Shown: positions 1 through 9,886 of the stretch, piece after piece
Layout of the letters: the number at the start of each line of letters is the position of its first letter
Position numbering within the stretch: position 1 is the stretch's first letter
Virus genome (UHGV): UHGV-0232082
DNA length: 14,288 bases
Direction: 5' to 3' (one strand)
DNA from: a virus
Position numbers and translations under genes: made by a program
The notes under the pieces: generated by a model
Databases searched by the model: none
The model's input: only the letters and a program-made list of their open reading frames with translations
Told to the model about the DNA's origin: nothing

Positions 1-486
<486 letters not shown>

Positions 487-494
487 GGATCCTC

Positions 495-665
495 ATGTTT
501 GTGAAACCTGTTAAAGGGCGGTCAGTGCCTGACCCTGCCCGCGGCGACCTTTTGCCCGCCGAAGGGCGAAATGTTGACGAGAACAACTACTGGCTGCGCC
601 GTGAAGCAGCGGGTGATATCCGGCGCGTGAATAAAAAGGTGAATACCGATGACGATAAGCTTTAA
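495..665 (+). CDS. Small conserved Mu-like tail-module protein (56 aa, MFVKP... N-terminus; DUF2635-like from memory)
   Basis: ATG at 495 preceded by GAGGA (485-489) at about 5 nt spacing. Translation: MFVKPVKGRSVPDPARGDLLPAEGRNVDENNYWLRREAAGDIRRVNKKVNTDDDKL. Stop at 663-665 overlaps the sheath start (649), indicating translational coupling. Missing from the supplied ORF track, probably because it is under the length cutoff. Confidence 0.5.
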   Translation: MFVKPVKGRSVPDPARGDLLPAEGRNVDENNYWLRREAAGDIRRVNKKVNTDDDKL

Positions 666-2145
666 CACCATTCCGTCGAATACGCTGGTTCCGCTGTTTT
701 ATGCGGAAATGGATAACCAGGCTGCGAATACTGCACAGGACAGCGGAGCATCGCTGCTGATTGGTCATGCCAATAACGGTGCAGAGATTGTTGCCAACAG
801 TCTGGTGCTGATGCCGTCGGCAGACTATGCATGCCAGATTTGTGGTGCGGGAAGTCAGCTGGCGCGTATGGTCGAGGCTTATCGCCAGACCGACCCGTTT
901 GGTGAGCTGTATGTGATTGCCGTTCCTGAATCCACGGGCGCGGCGGCAACGGTTACGCTGACGGTGACTGGAGCAGCAACCGAAAGCGGCACGGTGAATG
1001 TTTATGTGGGACGTACCCGCGTGCAGGCACCGGTGACCAACGGCGATAACGTCACGACGATTGCCAGCAGTATCCAGGATGCCATCAATGCCGTTCCGAC
1101 CCTGCCGTTTACGGCCTCATCTTCGGCAGGCGTGGTCACGCTGACCGCGCGTCATAAGGGGCTTTGCGGGAATGAAATTCCTGTCAGCCTCAATTACTAC
1201 GGCTTTGGTGGTGGCGAAGTGCTGCCAGCGGGTGTACAGATTGCTGTGGCGACGGGTACCGCCGGAACGGGCGCTCCGGTTCTCACCGGCGCGGTGGCTG
1301 CAATGGCGGATGAGCCGTTTGATTATATCGGCCTGCCGTTCAACGACACGGCCTCCGTTAACACGCTGGTGACCGAGATGAACGATACCAGCGGTCGCTG
1401 GAGCTATGCGCGTCAGCTGTATGGTCATGTGTATACGGCAAAGATCGGCACGCTGTCAGAACTGGTGACCGCAGGTGACCAGTTTAACCAGCAGCACATT
1501 ACCCTGGCGGGATACGAAAAAGACACCCAGACGCCTGCCGACGAGCTGGCGGCAAGCCGTACCGCCCGCGCAGCGGTGTTTATTCGCAACGATCCGGCAC
1601 GTCCCACGCAGACCGGTGAGCTGGTGGGTATGCTGCCTGCGCCGAAGGGGAAACGGTTCACGATGACAGAACAACAGACCCTGCTGTCTCATGGCGTGGC
1701 AACGGCGTATGTCGAAAGCGGGGTGCTGCGCATTCAGCGTGATGTCACCACGTACAGGGAAAATGCTTACGGGGTTGCGGATAACAGCTACCTCGACAGC
1801 GAGACGCTGCATACCAGTGCGTATGTACTGCGCAAACTGAAATCCGTCATTACCAGTAAGTACGGGCGTCACAAGCTTGCCAGCGACGGTACCCGCTTTG
1901 GTCCCGGTCAGGCGATTGTCACCCCGGCGGTGATCAAAGGGGAACTGCTGGCAACCTACCGTCAGCTCGAGCGTGCGGGCATCGTGGAAAACTACGAACT
2001 GTTTAAGCAGTACCTGGTTGTGGAGCGTGATGCCAGCGATCCAAATCGCCTGAACACGCTGTTCCCGCCTGACTATGTTAACCAGCTGCGTGTCTTTGCC
2101 GTGGTTAACCAGTTCCGTCTTCAGTATTCAGAGGAGTCCGCATAA
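649..2145 (+). CDS. Contractile tail sheath protein (Mu gpL / gp39-like)
   Basis: 498-aa ORF with RBS AAGGTG 7 nt upstream. Size and position (directly upstream of a 118-aa tube gene) match a Mu-type sheath. Stop overlaps the next start (TAATG). Confidence 0.85.
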   Translation: MTISFNTIPSNTLVPLFYAEMDNQAANTAQDSGASLLIGHANNGAEIVANSLVLMPSADYACQICGAGSQLARMVEAYRQTDPFGELYVIAVPESTGAAATVTLTVTGAATESGTVNVYVGRTRVQAPVTNGDNVTTIASSIQDAINAVPTLPFTASSSAGVVTLTARHKGLCGNEIPVSLNYYGFGGGEVLPAGVQIAVATGTAGTGAPVLTGAVAAMADEPFDYIGLPFNDTASVNTLVTEMNDTSGRWSYARQLYGHVYTAKIGTLSELVTAGDQFNQQHITLAGYEKDTQTPADELAASRTARAAVFIRNDPARPTQTGELVGMLPAPKGKRFTMTEQQTLLSHGVATAYVESGVLRIQRDVTTYRENAYGVADNSYLDSETLHTSAYVLRKLKSVITSKYGRHKLASDGTRFGPGQAIVTPAVIKGELLATYRQLERAGIVENYELFKQYLVVERDASDPNRLNTLFPPDYVNQLRVFAVVNQFRLQYSEESA

Positions 2146-2501
2146 TGGCCCGTATCGGGGGAACCTGTTATTTCAAGATTGACGGTCAGCAGCTATCGCT
2201 GACCGGCGGCATTGAGGTGCCCATGAACAAAACGGTTAATGATGACATCATCGGTCTGGACGGTTCAGTGGACCGCAAGGAAACTCACCGTGCACCTTAT
2301 GTCAAAGGGACCTTCAAGGTACCGAAGAATTTTCCGGTGAGCAAAATCACCTCGTCTGATGAGATGACCATCACTGCCGAGCTGGCGAACGGTCAGGTCT
2401 ATGTATTGTCGTCAGCCTGGCTGCACGGCGAAGCGAACCATAATGCCGAAGAAGGCACGGTCGATATTGAATTTCACGGTGAAGAAGGGGATTACCAGTG
2501 A
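2145..2501 (+). CDS. Tail tube protein (Mu gpM / gp40-like)
   Basis: 118-aa ORF immediately after the sheath gene with a 1-nt overlap; 4-nt overlap with the following gene. Canonical sheath-tube order. Confidence 0.8.
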   Translation: MARIGGTCYFKIDGQQLSLTGGIEVPMNKTVNDDIIGLDGSVDRKETHRAPYVKGTFKVPKNFPVSKITSSDEMTITAELANGQVYVLSSAWLHGEANHNAEEGTVDIEFHGEEGDYQ

Positions 2502-2821
2502 TTGAGCTTGTACTTAAAAAACCGATCATCGCCCACAAAGAAACACTGCATGTGTTGGAAATACGTGAGCCTACGTATGACGAGATTGAGGCGCTGGGGT
2601 TCCCTTTCTCTGTTTCGCCTGATGGTGGTATGAAAATGGACAGTCAGGTGGCGCTGAAATATATCCCGCTTCTGGCCGGGATCCCGCGCTCGTCTGCAGC
2701 GCAGATGACGAAGCTGGATATTTTCAAGGCAGGCATGATTGTAATGCGTTTTTTTACCGGCTTGGAGACGGAAGAGACCTCAGGAAGCGATTCTACAATG
2801 TCGCGTGGTTCTGGAAATTAA
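2498..2821 (+). CDS. Tail assembly chaperone (lambda G / Mu gp41-position protein), zero-frame product
   Basis: 107-aa ORF between the tube and tape-measure genes, the conserved position of the tail assembly chaperone. Contains a T7 run in its 3' part (see frameshift feature). Confidence 0.65.
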   Translation: MIELVLKKPIIAHKETLHVLEIREPTYDEIEALGFPFSVSPDGGMKMDSQVALKYIPLLAGIPRSSAAQMTKLDIFKAGMIVMRFFTGLETEETSGSDSTMSRGSGN

Positions 2822-2913
2822 ACCCACTTGAACTTCGCCGGACGGCTATTTCCCACTTTGCTGATCTGGAGGCAGAGGCCGTCCGTATAAATGAGGAGAT
2901 GAAGCATGGCTGA
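2498..2913 (+). other. Candidate programmed -1 ribosomal frameshift product of the tail chaperone gene (G-T-like fusion, about 140 aa); slippery heptamer T TTT TTT at 2749-2755
   Basis: Zero-frame codons CGT TTT TTT ACC place the T run in X XXY YYZ register. The -1 frame from 2755 stays open for 54 codons (YRLGDGRDLRKRFYNVAWFWKLNPLELRRTAISHFADLEAEAVRINEEMKHG) and stops at 2911-2913, 8 nt into the tape-measure ORF. The +1 frame hits a stop within about 25 codons. Confidence 0.4.
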
Positions 2914-4813
2914 TAATTTTCAGCTGAAAGCCATCATCACCGCCGTTGACAGGCTATCCGGCCCGCTTAAAGGTATGCAGCGTCAGCTTAAGGGATTTCA
3001 GAAAGAAGTCTCCAGCCTTGCTCTGGGTGCTGCCGGGGCGGGTACTGCAATAATGGGGGCACTGGCACTCCCTGTAAAATCAGCCATCACCCTTGAATCG
3101 AAGATGGCTGATGTCCGCAAAGTGGTGGACGGTCTGGATACGCCGGATGCATTTAAGGCCATGACGGAGCAGGTACGCGCTTTGTCTACAGAGCTTCCCA
3201 TGTCTGCAGACGGGATCGCGGAAATTGTGGCGGCTGGCGGTCAGGCCGGGATTGCACGTGATGAACTGATGCAGTTTGCCACTGATGCGGTGAAGATGGG
3301 CGTGGCCTTTGATACAACGGCTGAAGAGTCCGGGCAGATGATGGCCCAGTGGCGTACTGCGTTTAATATGACGCAGGATGAAGTGGCCGGGCTGGCTGAC
3401 AAAATCAACTACCTTGGTAATACCGGCCCGGCGAATGCGAAGAAAATCTCCGATATTGTTACGCGTATTGGTCCTTTAGGTGGTGTTGCAGGTGTGGCTT
3501 CCGGCGAAATTGCGGCAATGGGGGCAACCATTGCCGGGATGGGCGTGGAGTCAGAAATTGCCGCCACAGGGATCAAGAACTTCATGCTTTCCCTGACCGC
3601 GGGAAATTCTGCGACAAAATCGCAGAAACAGGCATTGCGTTTTCTGCGGATCAATCCGAAGAAATTAGCTGCTGATATGCAGAAAGATGCCCGGGGCACC
3701 ATGCTGTCTGTACTGGATGCGATGGCTAAAGTGCCTAAAGAAAAACGGGCCGCTGTGCTGAATGCCCTGTTCGGGAAAGAGTCTCTGGGCGCGATAGCAC
3801 CTCTGCTGACTAACCTTGATTTGTTGCGTACCAACTTCAGGCGGGTTGCGGATTCCCAGCAGTATGGCAGTTCGATGCAGAAGGAATATGCTTCGAGGGC
3901 AGCGACGACGGAAAACCAGCTTTTACTTCTGCAAAATCAACTTGATGCCATTTCTTCCACGCTGGGGGAAACGTTTCTTCCTGAGGTTAATGATGGTCTT
4001 GAAGCGGTAAAACCGCTCCTTGAGGAAGTGAGAACGTTTGTCCGTGAAAACCCGGAGCTCGTTAAGACCATTGCTAAAATCGGTCTGGCCTTACTGACGG
4101 TGGGAGCCGCTGCAGGCTCTTTGTCCAGAATTATGAAAGTTCTCGGCGGTGTGATGAATATGACGCCAGCTAAGGGGCTGATTGCTCTTCTGGTTGGTGG
4201 CGCTTACCTCATTATTGATAACTGGGAAACCGTAGGCCCTGTCATAAAAAAAGTCTGGCACGTGGTGGATGAAACGGCGCAGGCGATGGGGGGATGGGAA
4301 ACTGTTCTGAAAGCGATTGCCCTGTTTATGGCAACCAAATGGGTTGCTGACGTTACCAAATCCATTACCGCAGTGACCAGAGAGATGCGTACGCTGGGGA
4401 AGGTATCGGCAGAAACGGGATTGATGGGGAAAGGCCGCGGCTTTATCGGGAAGGCCGGGGGATATGGTTTTCTGGGAACCCTGATGTATGAGCCGGTTAA
4501 AGATACTCTGGAAAGTGTTGTTCCTGAAGATACGGTTAACTGGCTGGATAATAAAGGGCTGTTTCTGGCTTCAGACTGGACGCCTTTTTTTGATCGTAAA
4601 GAGTACGAGCAGTATCAGGCCAGCCTGAGCCAGTACAAACCCAATGTTCCGCTGTTGAATCCATCTTCTTCCATGACACAGCACAGCGAACTGAAAGTCA
4701 CGTTCGAGAATGCTCCGCCAGGTATGAAGATAATTGATGTACCGGGCAAAGCCGATCCCCTGATGAAAATCACGCACGATGTGGGGTATTCCCCTTTTCG
4801 TTTTCCACGATAA
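2906..4813 (+). CDS. Tail tape measure protein
   Basis: 635-aa ORF, RBS AGGAG at 2893-2897. Ala/Gly-rich, predicted helical protein with a hydrophobic segment (LALLTVGAAAGSL) in the conserved position after the chaperone. Confidence 0.8.
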   Translation: MADNFQLKAIITAVDRLSGPLKGMQRQLKGFQKEVSSLALGAAGAGTAIMGALALPVKSAITLESKMADVRKVVDGLDTPDAFKAMTEQVRALSTELPMSADGIAEIVAAGGQAGIARDELMQFATDAVKMGVAFDTTAEESGQMMAQWRTAFNMTQDEVAGLADKINYLGNTGPANAKKISDIVTRIGPLGGVAGVASGEIAAMGATIAGMGVESEIAATGIKNFMLSLTAGNSATKSQKQALRFLRINPKKLAADMQKDARGTMLSVLDAMAKVPKEKRAAVLNALFGKESLGAIAPLLTNLDLLRTNFRRVADSQQYGSSMQKEYASRAATTENQLLLLQNQLDAISSTLGETFLPEVNDGLEAVKPLLEEVRTFVRENPELVKTIAKIGLALLTVGAAAGSLSRIMKVLGGVMNMTPAKGLIALLVGGAYLIIDNWETVGPVIKKVWHVVDETAQAMGGWETVLKAIALFMATKWVADVTKSITAVTREMRTLGKVSAETGLMGKGRGFIGKAGGYGFLGTLMYEPVKDTLESVVPEDTVNWLDNKGLFLASDWTPFFDRKEYEQYQASLSQYKPNVPLLNPSSSMTQHSELKVTFENAPPGMKIIDVPGKADPLMKITHDVGYSPFRFPR

Positions 4814-4837
4814 TGCAGTCCTTTTTGAGGTCAGTCT

Positions 4838-6214
4838 ATGGATTTATCCTCATTTCCCACCCGACCTTCATTACTTTCGTCGTCTTCAGGCTGGCGTGAC
4901 AGACTTCAGGACGCGTCATTTCGCGGCGTGCCGTTTAAGGTTGAAGAAGAAAGTGCGGGAACCGGTCGCCGTGTGGAAACACATGAATACCCGAACCGCG
5001 ACAAACCCTATACCGAAGACCTGGGGAAAATCACTTTTCGCCCGTCCATCACGGCTTATGTGGTGGGAGATGACTGCTTTGACCAGCGCGATCGCCTGAT
5101 TGACGCGCTGAATAAACCCGGTCCCGGCACGCTTGTCCATCCGACATACGGTGAGCTGAAAGTCTGTGTTGACGGGGAGGTTCGGGTCAGCACATCGAAG
5201 AGTGAAGGGCGTATTGTCCGCTTTGACCTGAAGTTTGTCGAAGCGGGAGAACTCTCTTACCCCACATCAGGTGCGGCGACGGCGCAGACGCTGATGTCAT
5301 CCTGTTCTGCACTGGATGACTGCATCAGTGACAGTTTCAGTGGTTTCAGTATCGATGGCGTGGCAGATTTTGTGCAGAACGACGTCGTCGGTAATGCCAG
5401 CACAATGCTTGGGTATGTTTCTGATGCGATGAAAGTGGTGGATTCTGCCGTATCGGATGCCGCCAGGCTGTTGCAGGGGGATATCTCGGTACTTCTGCCG
5501 CCGCCATCGTCAGGCAAAAATTTCGTTGAGCAGGTGCAGAAAATGTGGCGTACCGGGAAACGCCTTTATGGTAACGCCAGCGACCTGGTCACCATGATCA
5601 AAACGCTTTCCGGTGTCAGCCTCGGCAGCGATCTGCAACCGCGCGGCGTCTGGAAAACGGACAGTAAAACTACCGCTACGGCGACGCAGCAGCGTAACGT
5701 GGTTGCCAGCACCCTTCGTACGACCGCAATCAGCGAAGCGGCGTATGCCGTCACACGATTGCCTGCGCCAACAACTTCCGCGGTGATGCAGAATGCCGCA
5801 ATGGGGCAGGCAACAACACCTGCGCAGAGCACTGGCTGGCCTTCCGTCACGCATCCGGCACTGAACAATGCACCGGCGGTGAAAAGCACGGTTGACCTGC
5901 CGACGTGGGAAGAACTGACTGACATTCGCGACACACTGAATACGACAATTGATAAGGAGTTGTCCCGTACAACCAGTGATGCGCTGTTTCTGGCGCTGCG
6001 CCGGGTGAAAGCAGATCTGAATGCGGATATCAACATGCGCCTTGAACAGTCTGCGCGGATCATTCAGCGCACACCGGATGAGGTTTTACCCGCGCTGGTG
6101 CTGGCGGCGACCTGGTTTGATAACGCGGCGCGTGACGCGGACATTATCCGGCGTAATGCCATTACGCATCCCGGCTTTGTGCCGGTGATCCCTCTGAAGG
6201 TGCCAGTGCAATGA
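4838..6214 (+). CDS. Mu-type DNA circulation protein (gpN / gp43-like tail/baseplate protein)
   Basis: 458-aa ORF, RBS GAGG at 4827-4830. Follows the tape measure and precedes the gpD-like hub as in Mu-like tails. 4-nt overlap with the next gene. Confidence 0.75.
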   Translation: MDLSSFPTRPSLLSSSSGWRDRLQDASFRGVPFKVEEESAGTGRRVETHEYPNRDKPYTEDLGKITFRPSITAYVVGDDCFDQRDRLIDALNKPGPGTLVHPTYGELKVCVDGEVRVSTSKSEGRIVRFDLKFVEAGELSYPTSGAATAQTLMSSCSALDDCISDSFSGFSIDGVADFVQNDVVGNASTMLGYVSDAMKVVDSAVSDAARLLQGDISVLLPPPSSGKNFVEQVQKMWRTGKRLYGNASDLVTMIKTLSGVSLGSDLQPRGVWKTDSKTTATATQQRNVVASTLRTTAISEAAYAVTRLPAPTTSAVMQNAAMGQATTPAQSTGWPSVTHPALNNAPAVKSTVDLPTWEELTDIRDTLNTTIDKELSRTTSDALFLALRRVKADLNADINMRLEQSARIIQRTPDEVLPALVLAATWFDNAARDADIIRRNAITHPGFVPVIPLKVPVQ

Positions 6215-7290
6215 ACGACAATGTCACGCTACGGATAAATGGCCGGGAGTGGAATGGCTGGACATCGGTGCGCATCGGTGCCGGTATTGAACGGCTGGCG
6301 CGGGATTTCAGTGTGGAGATCACCCGCCAGTGGCCGGGTGATGAGGGTATCACCACGCTTCAGCCGCGCATTAAAAACGGTTCAAAAGTGGAGGTGCTGA
6401 TTGGTGATGAGCTGGTGATCACCGGCTGGGTGGAGGCGACGCCCGTTCGTTACGATGCCCGTTCGGTCAGCACCGGTATTGCCGGACGTAGTCTGACGGC
6501 TGACCTGATTGACTGTGCAGCCGAACCGACACAGTTTAACGGACGCTCGCTGGTGCAGATTGCGCAGGCGCTTGCTGCGCCTTTCGGCATTGAGGTGGTG
6601 AACAGCGGTGCGCCGTCGGGTGTTATTCCTGATGTTCAGCCTGATCACGGTGAAACGGTGATTGAGGTAATCAACAAAATACTCGGTCAGCAGCAGGCGC
6701 TGGCTTATGACGACCCGCACGGCAGGCTGGTGATTGGTGGTATTGGCTCAACGCGGGCACATACCGCGCTGGTACTCGGGGAAAACATCCTTTCCTGCGA
6801 TACGGAGAAGAGTATCCGGGAGCGGTTTTCTGTTTACCAGGTGGCGGGGCAGCGTGCCGGAAACGACGATGATTTCGGTGAGGCCACCACCACCGCGCTG
6901 CGGGCCCGCACAGAGGACGCATTTATTGCCCGTTACCGTCCGATGTATATCAGGCAGACAGGACAGGCTACGGGGGCTGGCTGTATTGCCCGTGCGGACT
7001 TTGAAGCCCGACAACGGGCGGCGCGGACGGATGAAACCACCTATGTGGTGCAGGGCTGGCGACAGGGTAACGGTACGCTGTGGCAGCCCAACCAGCGGGT
7101 GATTGTCTTTGATCCGGTCTGTGGTTTCGACAACACCGAACTGCTTGTTTCGGAAGTCACGTTTACTCAGGACCAGAACGGCACCCTGACGGAAATCCGT
7201 GTCGGCCCACCAGATGCTTATCTGCCTGAACCCGAAGCCCCCGGCGCGCGGAAAAAGAAAAAAGCCAGAGTACAGGAGGACCCGTTCTGA
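6211..7290 (+). CDS. Baseplate hub protein (P2 gpD / Mu gpP gp44-like)
   Basis: 359-aa ORF with a basic C-terminal tail (ARKKKKARVQEDPF). Order and size match the gpD-like hub of Mu-type baseplates. Stop overlaps the next start. Confidence 0.8.
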   Translation: MNDNVTLRINGREWNGWTSVRIGAGIERLARDFSVEITRQWPGDEGITTLQPRIKNGSKVEVLIGDELVITGWVEATPVRYDARSVSTGIAGRSLTADLIDCAAEPTQFNGRSLVQIAQALAAPFGIEVVNSGAPSGVIPDVQPDHGETVIEVINKILGQQQALAYDDPHGRLVIGGIGSTRAHTALVLGENILSCDTEKSIRERFSVYQVAGQRAGNDDDFGEATTTALRARTEDAFIARYRPMYIRQTGQATGAGCIARADFEARQRAARTDETTYVVQGWRQGNGTLWQPNQRVIVFDPVCGFDNTELLVSEVTFTQDQNGTLTEIRVGPPDAYLPEPEAPGARKKKKARVQEDPF

Positions 7291-7838
7291 TGAGGACGAT
7301 TGAAGCCATGCAGCGACAACTCCTCGGCCTGATTGGGCGGGCCGTGGTGAAAAGCATCAGTGCCGCCACGAAATGTCAGACCGTGGATGTGTCCCTGATT
7401 GCCGGTGAACCCAAAGCCGGGGTTGAACATCTTGAACCCTACGGTTTTACTGCAAGGGCAAACAGTGGTGCGGAAGCGGTGGTGTTGTTTCCGGATGGCG
7501 ACCGTTCTCATGCGGTGGTTGTTACGGTGTCGGACCGTCGCTACCGCCTGAAAGGGCTGCAGACGGGGGAGGTGGCTGTCTATGACGATCAGGGGCAGTC
7601 CGTGACGCTGACCCGGGAGGGGATTGTGGTGGACGGTGCAGGTAAAACGATCACGTTTCGCAATGCACCTGAAGCACGTTTTGAAATGGACCTGGAAGTG
7701 ACAGGACAGGTGAAAGACCTGTGCGACTCCGGCGGCACCACCATGTCAGCGATGCGGCTTGCCTATAACGGGCATCGTCACAGAGAGAACGGTCAGGGCA
7801 GTAACACCGACAAACCTGATAAATCGATGGAGGCATGA
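7290..7838 (+). CDS. Baseplate central spike protein (P2 gpV / Mu gp45-like)
   Basis: 182-aa ORF following the hub gene. C-terminal region carries an H-x-H motif (NGHRHRENG), consistent with the metal-binding spike apex described for gpV-type spikes. Confidence 0.75.
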   Translation: MRTIEAMQRQLLGLIGRAVVKSISAATKCQTVDVSLIAGEPKAGVEHLEPYGFTARANSGAEAVVLFPDGDRSHAVVVTVSDRRYRLKGLQTGEVAVYDDQGQSVTLTREGIVVDGAGKTITFRNAPEARFEMDLEVTGQVKDLCDSGGTTMSAMRLAYNGHRHRENGQGSNTDKPDKSMEA

Positions 7839-8263
7839 TGGAACTGTGGCTGACGGTGAACGGTAAACGCACCTGCGCCAGCGCACCGCTGGATCCGCTG
7901 ACCCGCGCCGTGGTGATTTCCCTGTTTACCTGGCGGCGGGCGGAGCCTGATGACAATGCCGACGTCCCGATGGGATGGTGGGGGGATACCTGGCCTGAGG
8001 TACAGAATGACCGTTACGGCTCCCGACTGTGGCTGCTTCAGCGCAGCAAACTGACCAATCAACTGGTGCAGACGGTAAGGGGGTATATCCGCGAATGCCT
8101 GCAATGGATGATTGATGACGGCGTGGTGTCCCGTATTGATCTGGATATCCGCCGCACCGGGATTAATGAACTGGGTAACAGTATCACTCTCTGGCGTCGT
8201 GACGGACCGGTAATGATTTCTTTTGATGATCTGTGGAGTGCGATAACGCATGGCGGACAGTGA
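7835..8263 (+). CDS. Baseplate protein (Mu gp46-like, gpW/gp25-type wedge component)
   Basis: 142-aa ORF, 4-nt overlap upstream and 14-nt overlap downstream; position between the spike and the J-like protein. Confidence 0.7.
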   Translation: MMELWLTVNGKRTCASAPLDPLTRAVVISLFTWRRAEPDDNADVPMGWWGDTWPEVQNDRYGSRLWLLQRSKLTNQLVQTVRGYIRECLQWMIDDGVVSRIDLDIRRTGINELGNSITLWRRDGPVMISFDDLWSAITHGGQ

Positions 8264-9308
8264 ATTTCAGCGCCCGACGCTGGCAGAAAATATCAGTATG
8301 CTCCGTAACGATTTATTCGCCAGGCTGGACGTCAGCGACACGCTCCGGCGCATGGATGAAGACGTGCGGGCAAAGGTGTATGCGGCGGCGCTGCATACGG
8401 TTTACGGGTACATCGATTATCTGGCAATGAACATGCTGCCTGACCTGTGCGATGAGTCCTGGCTGGCGCGACATGCTGCGATGAAACGGTGTCCGCGCAA
8501 GGGGGCCACGGCTGCCAGCGGGTATATGCGCTGGGAAGGTGTCAGCGATGGCCTGAAGGTGACCGCCGGAAGTGTTATTCAGCGCGATGACCTGGTTCAG
8601 TACACGGCAACTGCCGATGCAACCAGCACCGGTGGTGTCCTGCGCGTGCCGATCGCCTGCTCAAGTGCAGGCGCGGTCGGTAACGCTGACGACGGTACGT
8701 CATTAATCCTGGTCACGCCGGTTAATGGTCTGCCGTCTTCCGGCGAGGCAGATACCCTGACAGGTGGATTTGATACTGAAGAGCTGGAAACGTGGCGCGC
8801 CCGCGTCATTGAGCGGTATTACTGGACGCCTCAGGGCGGGGCTGACGGGGACTATGTCGTCTGGGCTAAAGAAGTGCCCGGCATTACCCGCGCATGGACA
8901 TACCGACACTGGATGGGAACGGGGACTGTCGGTGTGATGATTGCCAGCAGTGACCTGATTAACCCCATTCCGGAAGAATCAACGGAAACGGCGGCAAGAC
9001 AACATATCGAGCCACTGGCCCCGGTGGCAGGCTCTGATTTGTATGTATTCAGGCCGGTGGCGCACAAAGTGGATTTTCATATCCGCGTGACGCCGGACAC
9101 ACCGGAAATACGGGCTGCCATCACCGCGGAGTTGCGTTCATTCCTGCTGCGTGATGGTTATCCGCAGGGAGAGCTTAAGGTATCGCGTATCAGTGAAGCG
9201 ATTTCCGGTGCGAACGGGGAATACAGCCATCAGTTGCTTGCTCCGGCGGACAATATCTCCATTGCAAAAAATGAACTGGCGGTTCTGGGGACGATTTCAT
9301 GGACGTGA
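8250..9308 (+). CDS. Baseplate J-like wedge protein (P2 gpJ / Mu gp47-like)
   Basis: 352-aa ORF in the conserved position; size and order match Baseplate_J family proteins. Confidence 0.8.
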   Translation: MADSEFQRPTLAENISMLRNDLFARLDVSDTLRRMDEDVRAKVYAAALHTVYGYIDYLAMNMLPDLCDESWLARHAAMKRCPRKGATAASGYMRWEGVSDGLKVTAGSVIQRDDLVQYTATADATSTGGVLRVPIACSSAGAVGNADDGTSLILVTPVNGLPSSGEADTLTGGFDTEELETWRARVIERYYWTPQGGADGDYVVWAKEVPGITRAWTYRHWMGTGTVGVMIASSDLINPIPEESTETAARQHIEPLAPVAGSDLYVFRPVAHKVDFHIRVTPDTPEIRAAITAELRSFLLRDGYPQGELKVSRISEAISGANGEYSHQLLAPADNISIAKNELAVLGTISWT

Positions 9309-9883
9309 CAAACGATGATTACATCCGTCTGTTGTCGGCACTGTTGCCCCCTGGTCCGGCGTGGTCAGCCAGCGATCCGGCGATTGCCGGTGCGGCACAG
9401 TCATTAACCCGTGCTCATCAGCGTGCGGATGCCCTGATGCGGGAGCTGGATCCGCGCACCACCACCGAACTGATAAACCGCTGGGAGCGTCTGTGCGGCC
9501 TGCCGGATGAATGTATTCCGGCAGGGACGCAGACCCTTCGCCAGCGTCAGCAACGGCTGGATGCGAAGGTTAACCTGGCGGGTGGCATCAATGAGGATTT
9601 TTACCTTGCGCAGCTTGCTGCCCTGGGCAGACCAGATGCCACCATCACGCGATACGACAAAAGCACGTTCACCTGCTCATCGGCCTGTACTGACGCGGTG
9701 AATGCGCCGGAATGGCGGTATTACTGGCAGGTCAATATGCCAGCTGCCACCAACACCACCTGGATGACATGTGGCGATCCCTGTGATTCCGCACTGCGTA
9801 TCTGGGGGGACACCGTTGTCGAGTGCGTGCTTAACAAACTCTGCCCGTCGCATACCTACGTAATTTTTAAATATCCGGAGTAA
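9299..9883 (+). CDS. Tail protein, YmfQ / P2 gpI / Mu gp48-like (baseplate-tail fiber connector)
   Basis: 194-aa ORF directly upstream of the tail fiber gene, the position occupied by ymfQ-type (DUF2313) genes in e14- and Mu-like prophages. Confidence 0.7.
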   Translation: MDVTNDDYIRLLSALLPPGPAWSASDPAIAGAAQSLTRAHQRADALMRELDPRTTTELINRWERLCGLPDECIPAGTQTLRQRQQRLDAKVNLAGGINEDFYLAQLAALGRPDATITRYDKSTFTCSSACTDAVNAPEWRYYWQVNMPAATNTTWMTCGDPCDSALRIWGDTVVECVLNKLCPSHTYVIFKYPE

Positions 9884-9886
9884 TTC

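Noticed and set aside
1456-1872. 138-aa minus-strand ORF (and similar ones at 124-462, 662-949, 1117-1428, 1425-1661) inside the sheath and upstream genes
   Set aside because: Antisense to strongly supported, well-packed tail genes in GC-rich DNA, where long spurious open frames are expected. No RBS and no recognisable protein features.
4779-5099. 106-aa + strand ORF spanning the tape measure stop and the DNA circulation protein start
   Set aside because: Alternative frame overlapping two well-supported genes; the frame containing the RBS-associated ATG at 4838 is the real one.
5566-6063. 165-aa minus-strand ORF (and 5510-5854, 5257-5517) antisense to the DNA circulation protein gene
   Set aside because: Same reasoning: antisense chance ORFs in GC-rich coding sequence with low-complexity Arg/Ala/Ser-rich translations.
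7250-7264. A-rich run (GAAAAAGAAAAAAG) at the 3' end of the hub gene, considered as a possible slippery site
   Set aside because: It simply encodes the KKKK tail of the protein. The next gene has its own ATG overlapping the stop, so there is no evidence that recoding is needed.
7793-8251. 152-aa minus-strand ORF antisense to the gp46-like baseplate gene
   Set aside because: Overlaps a gene supported by synteny and translational coupling; translation is Pro/Arg/His-rich and not protein-like.
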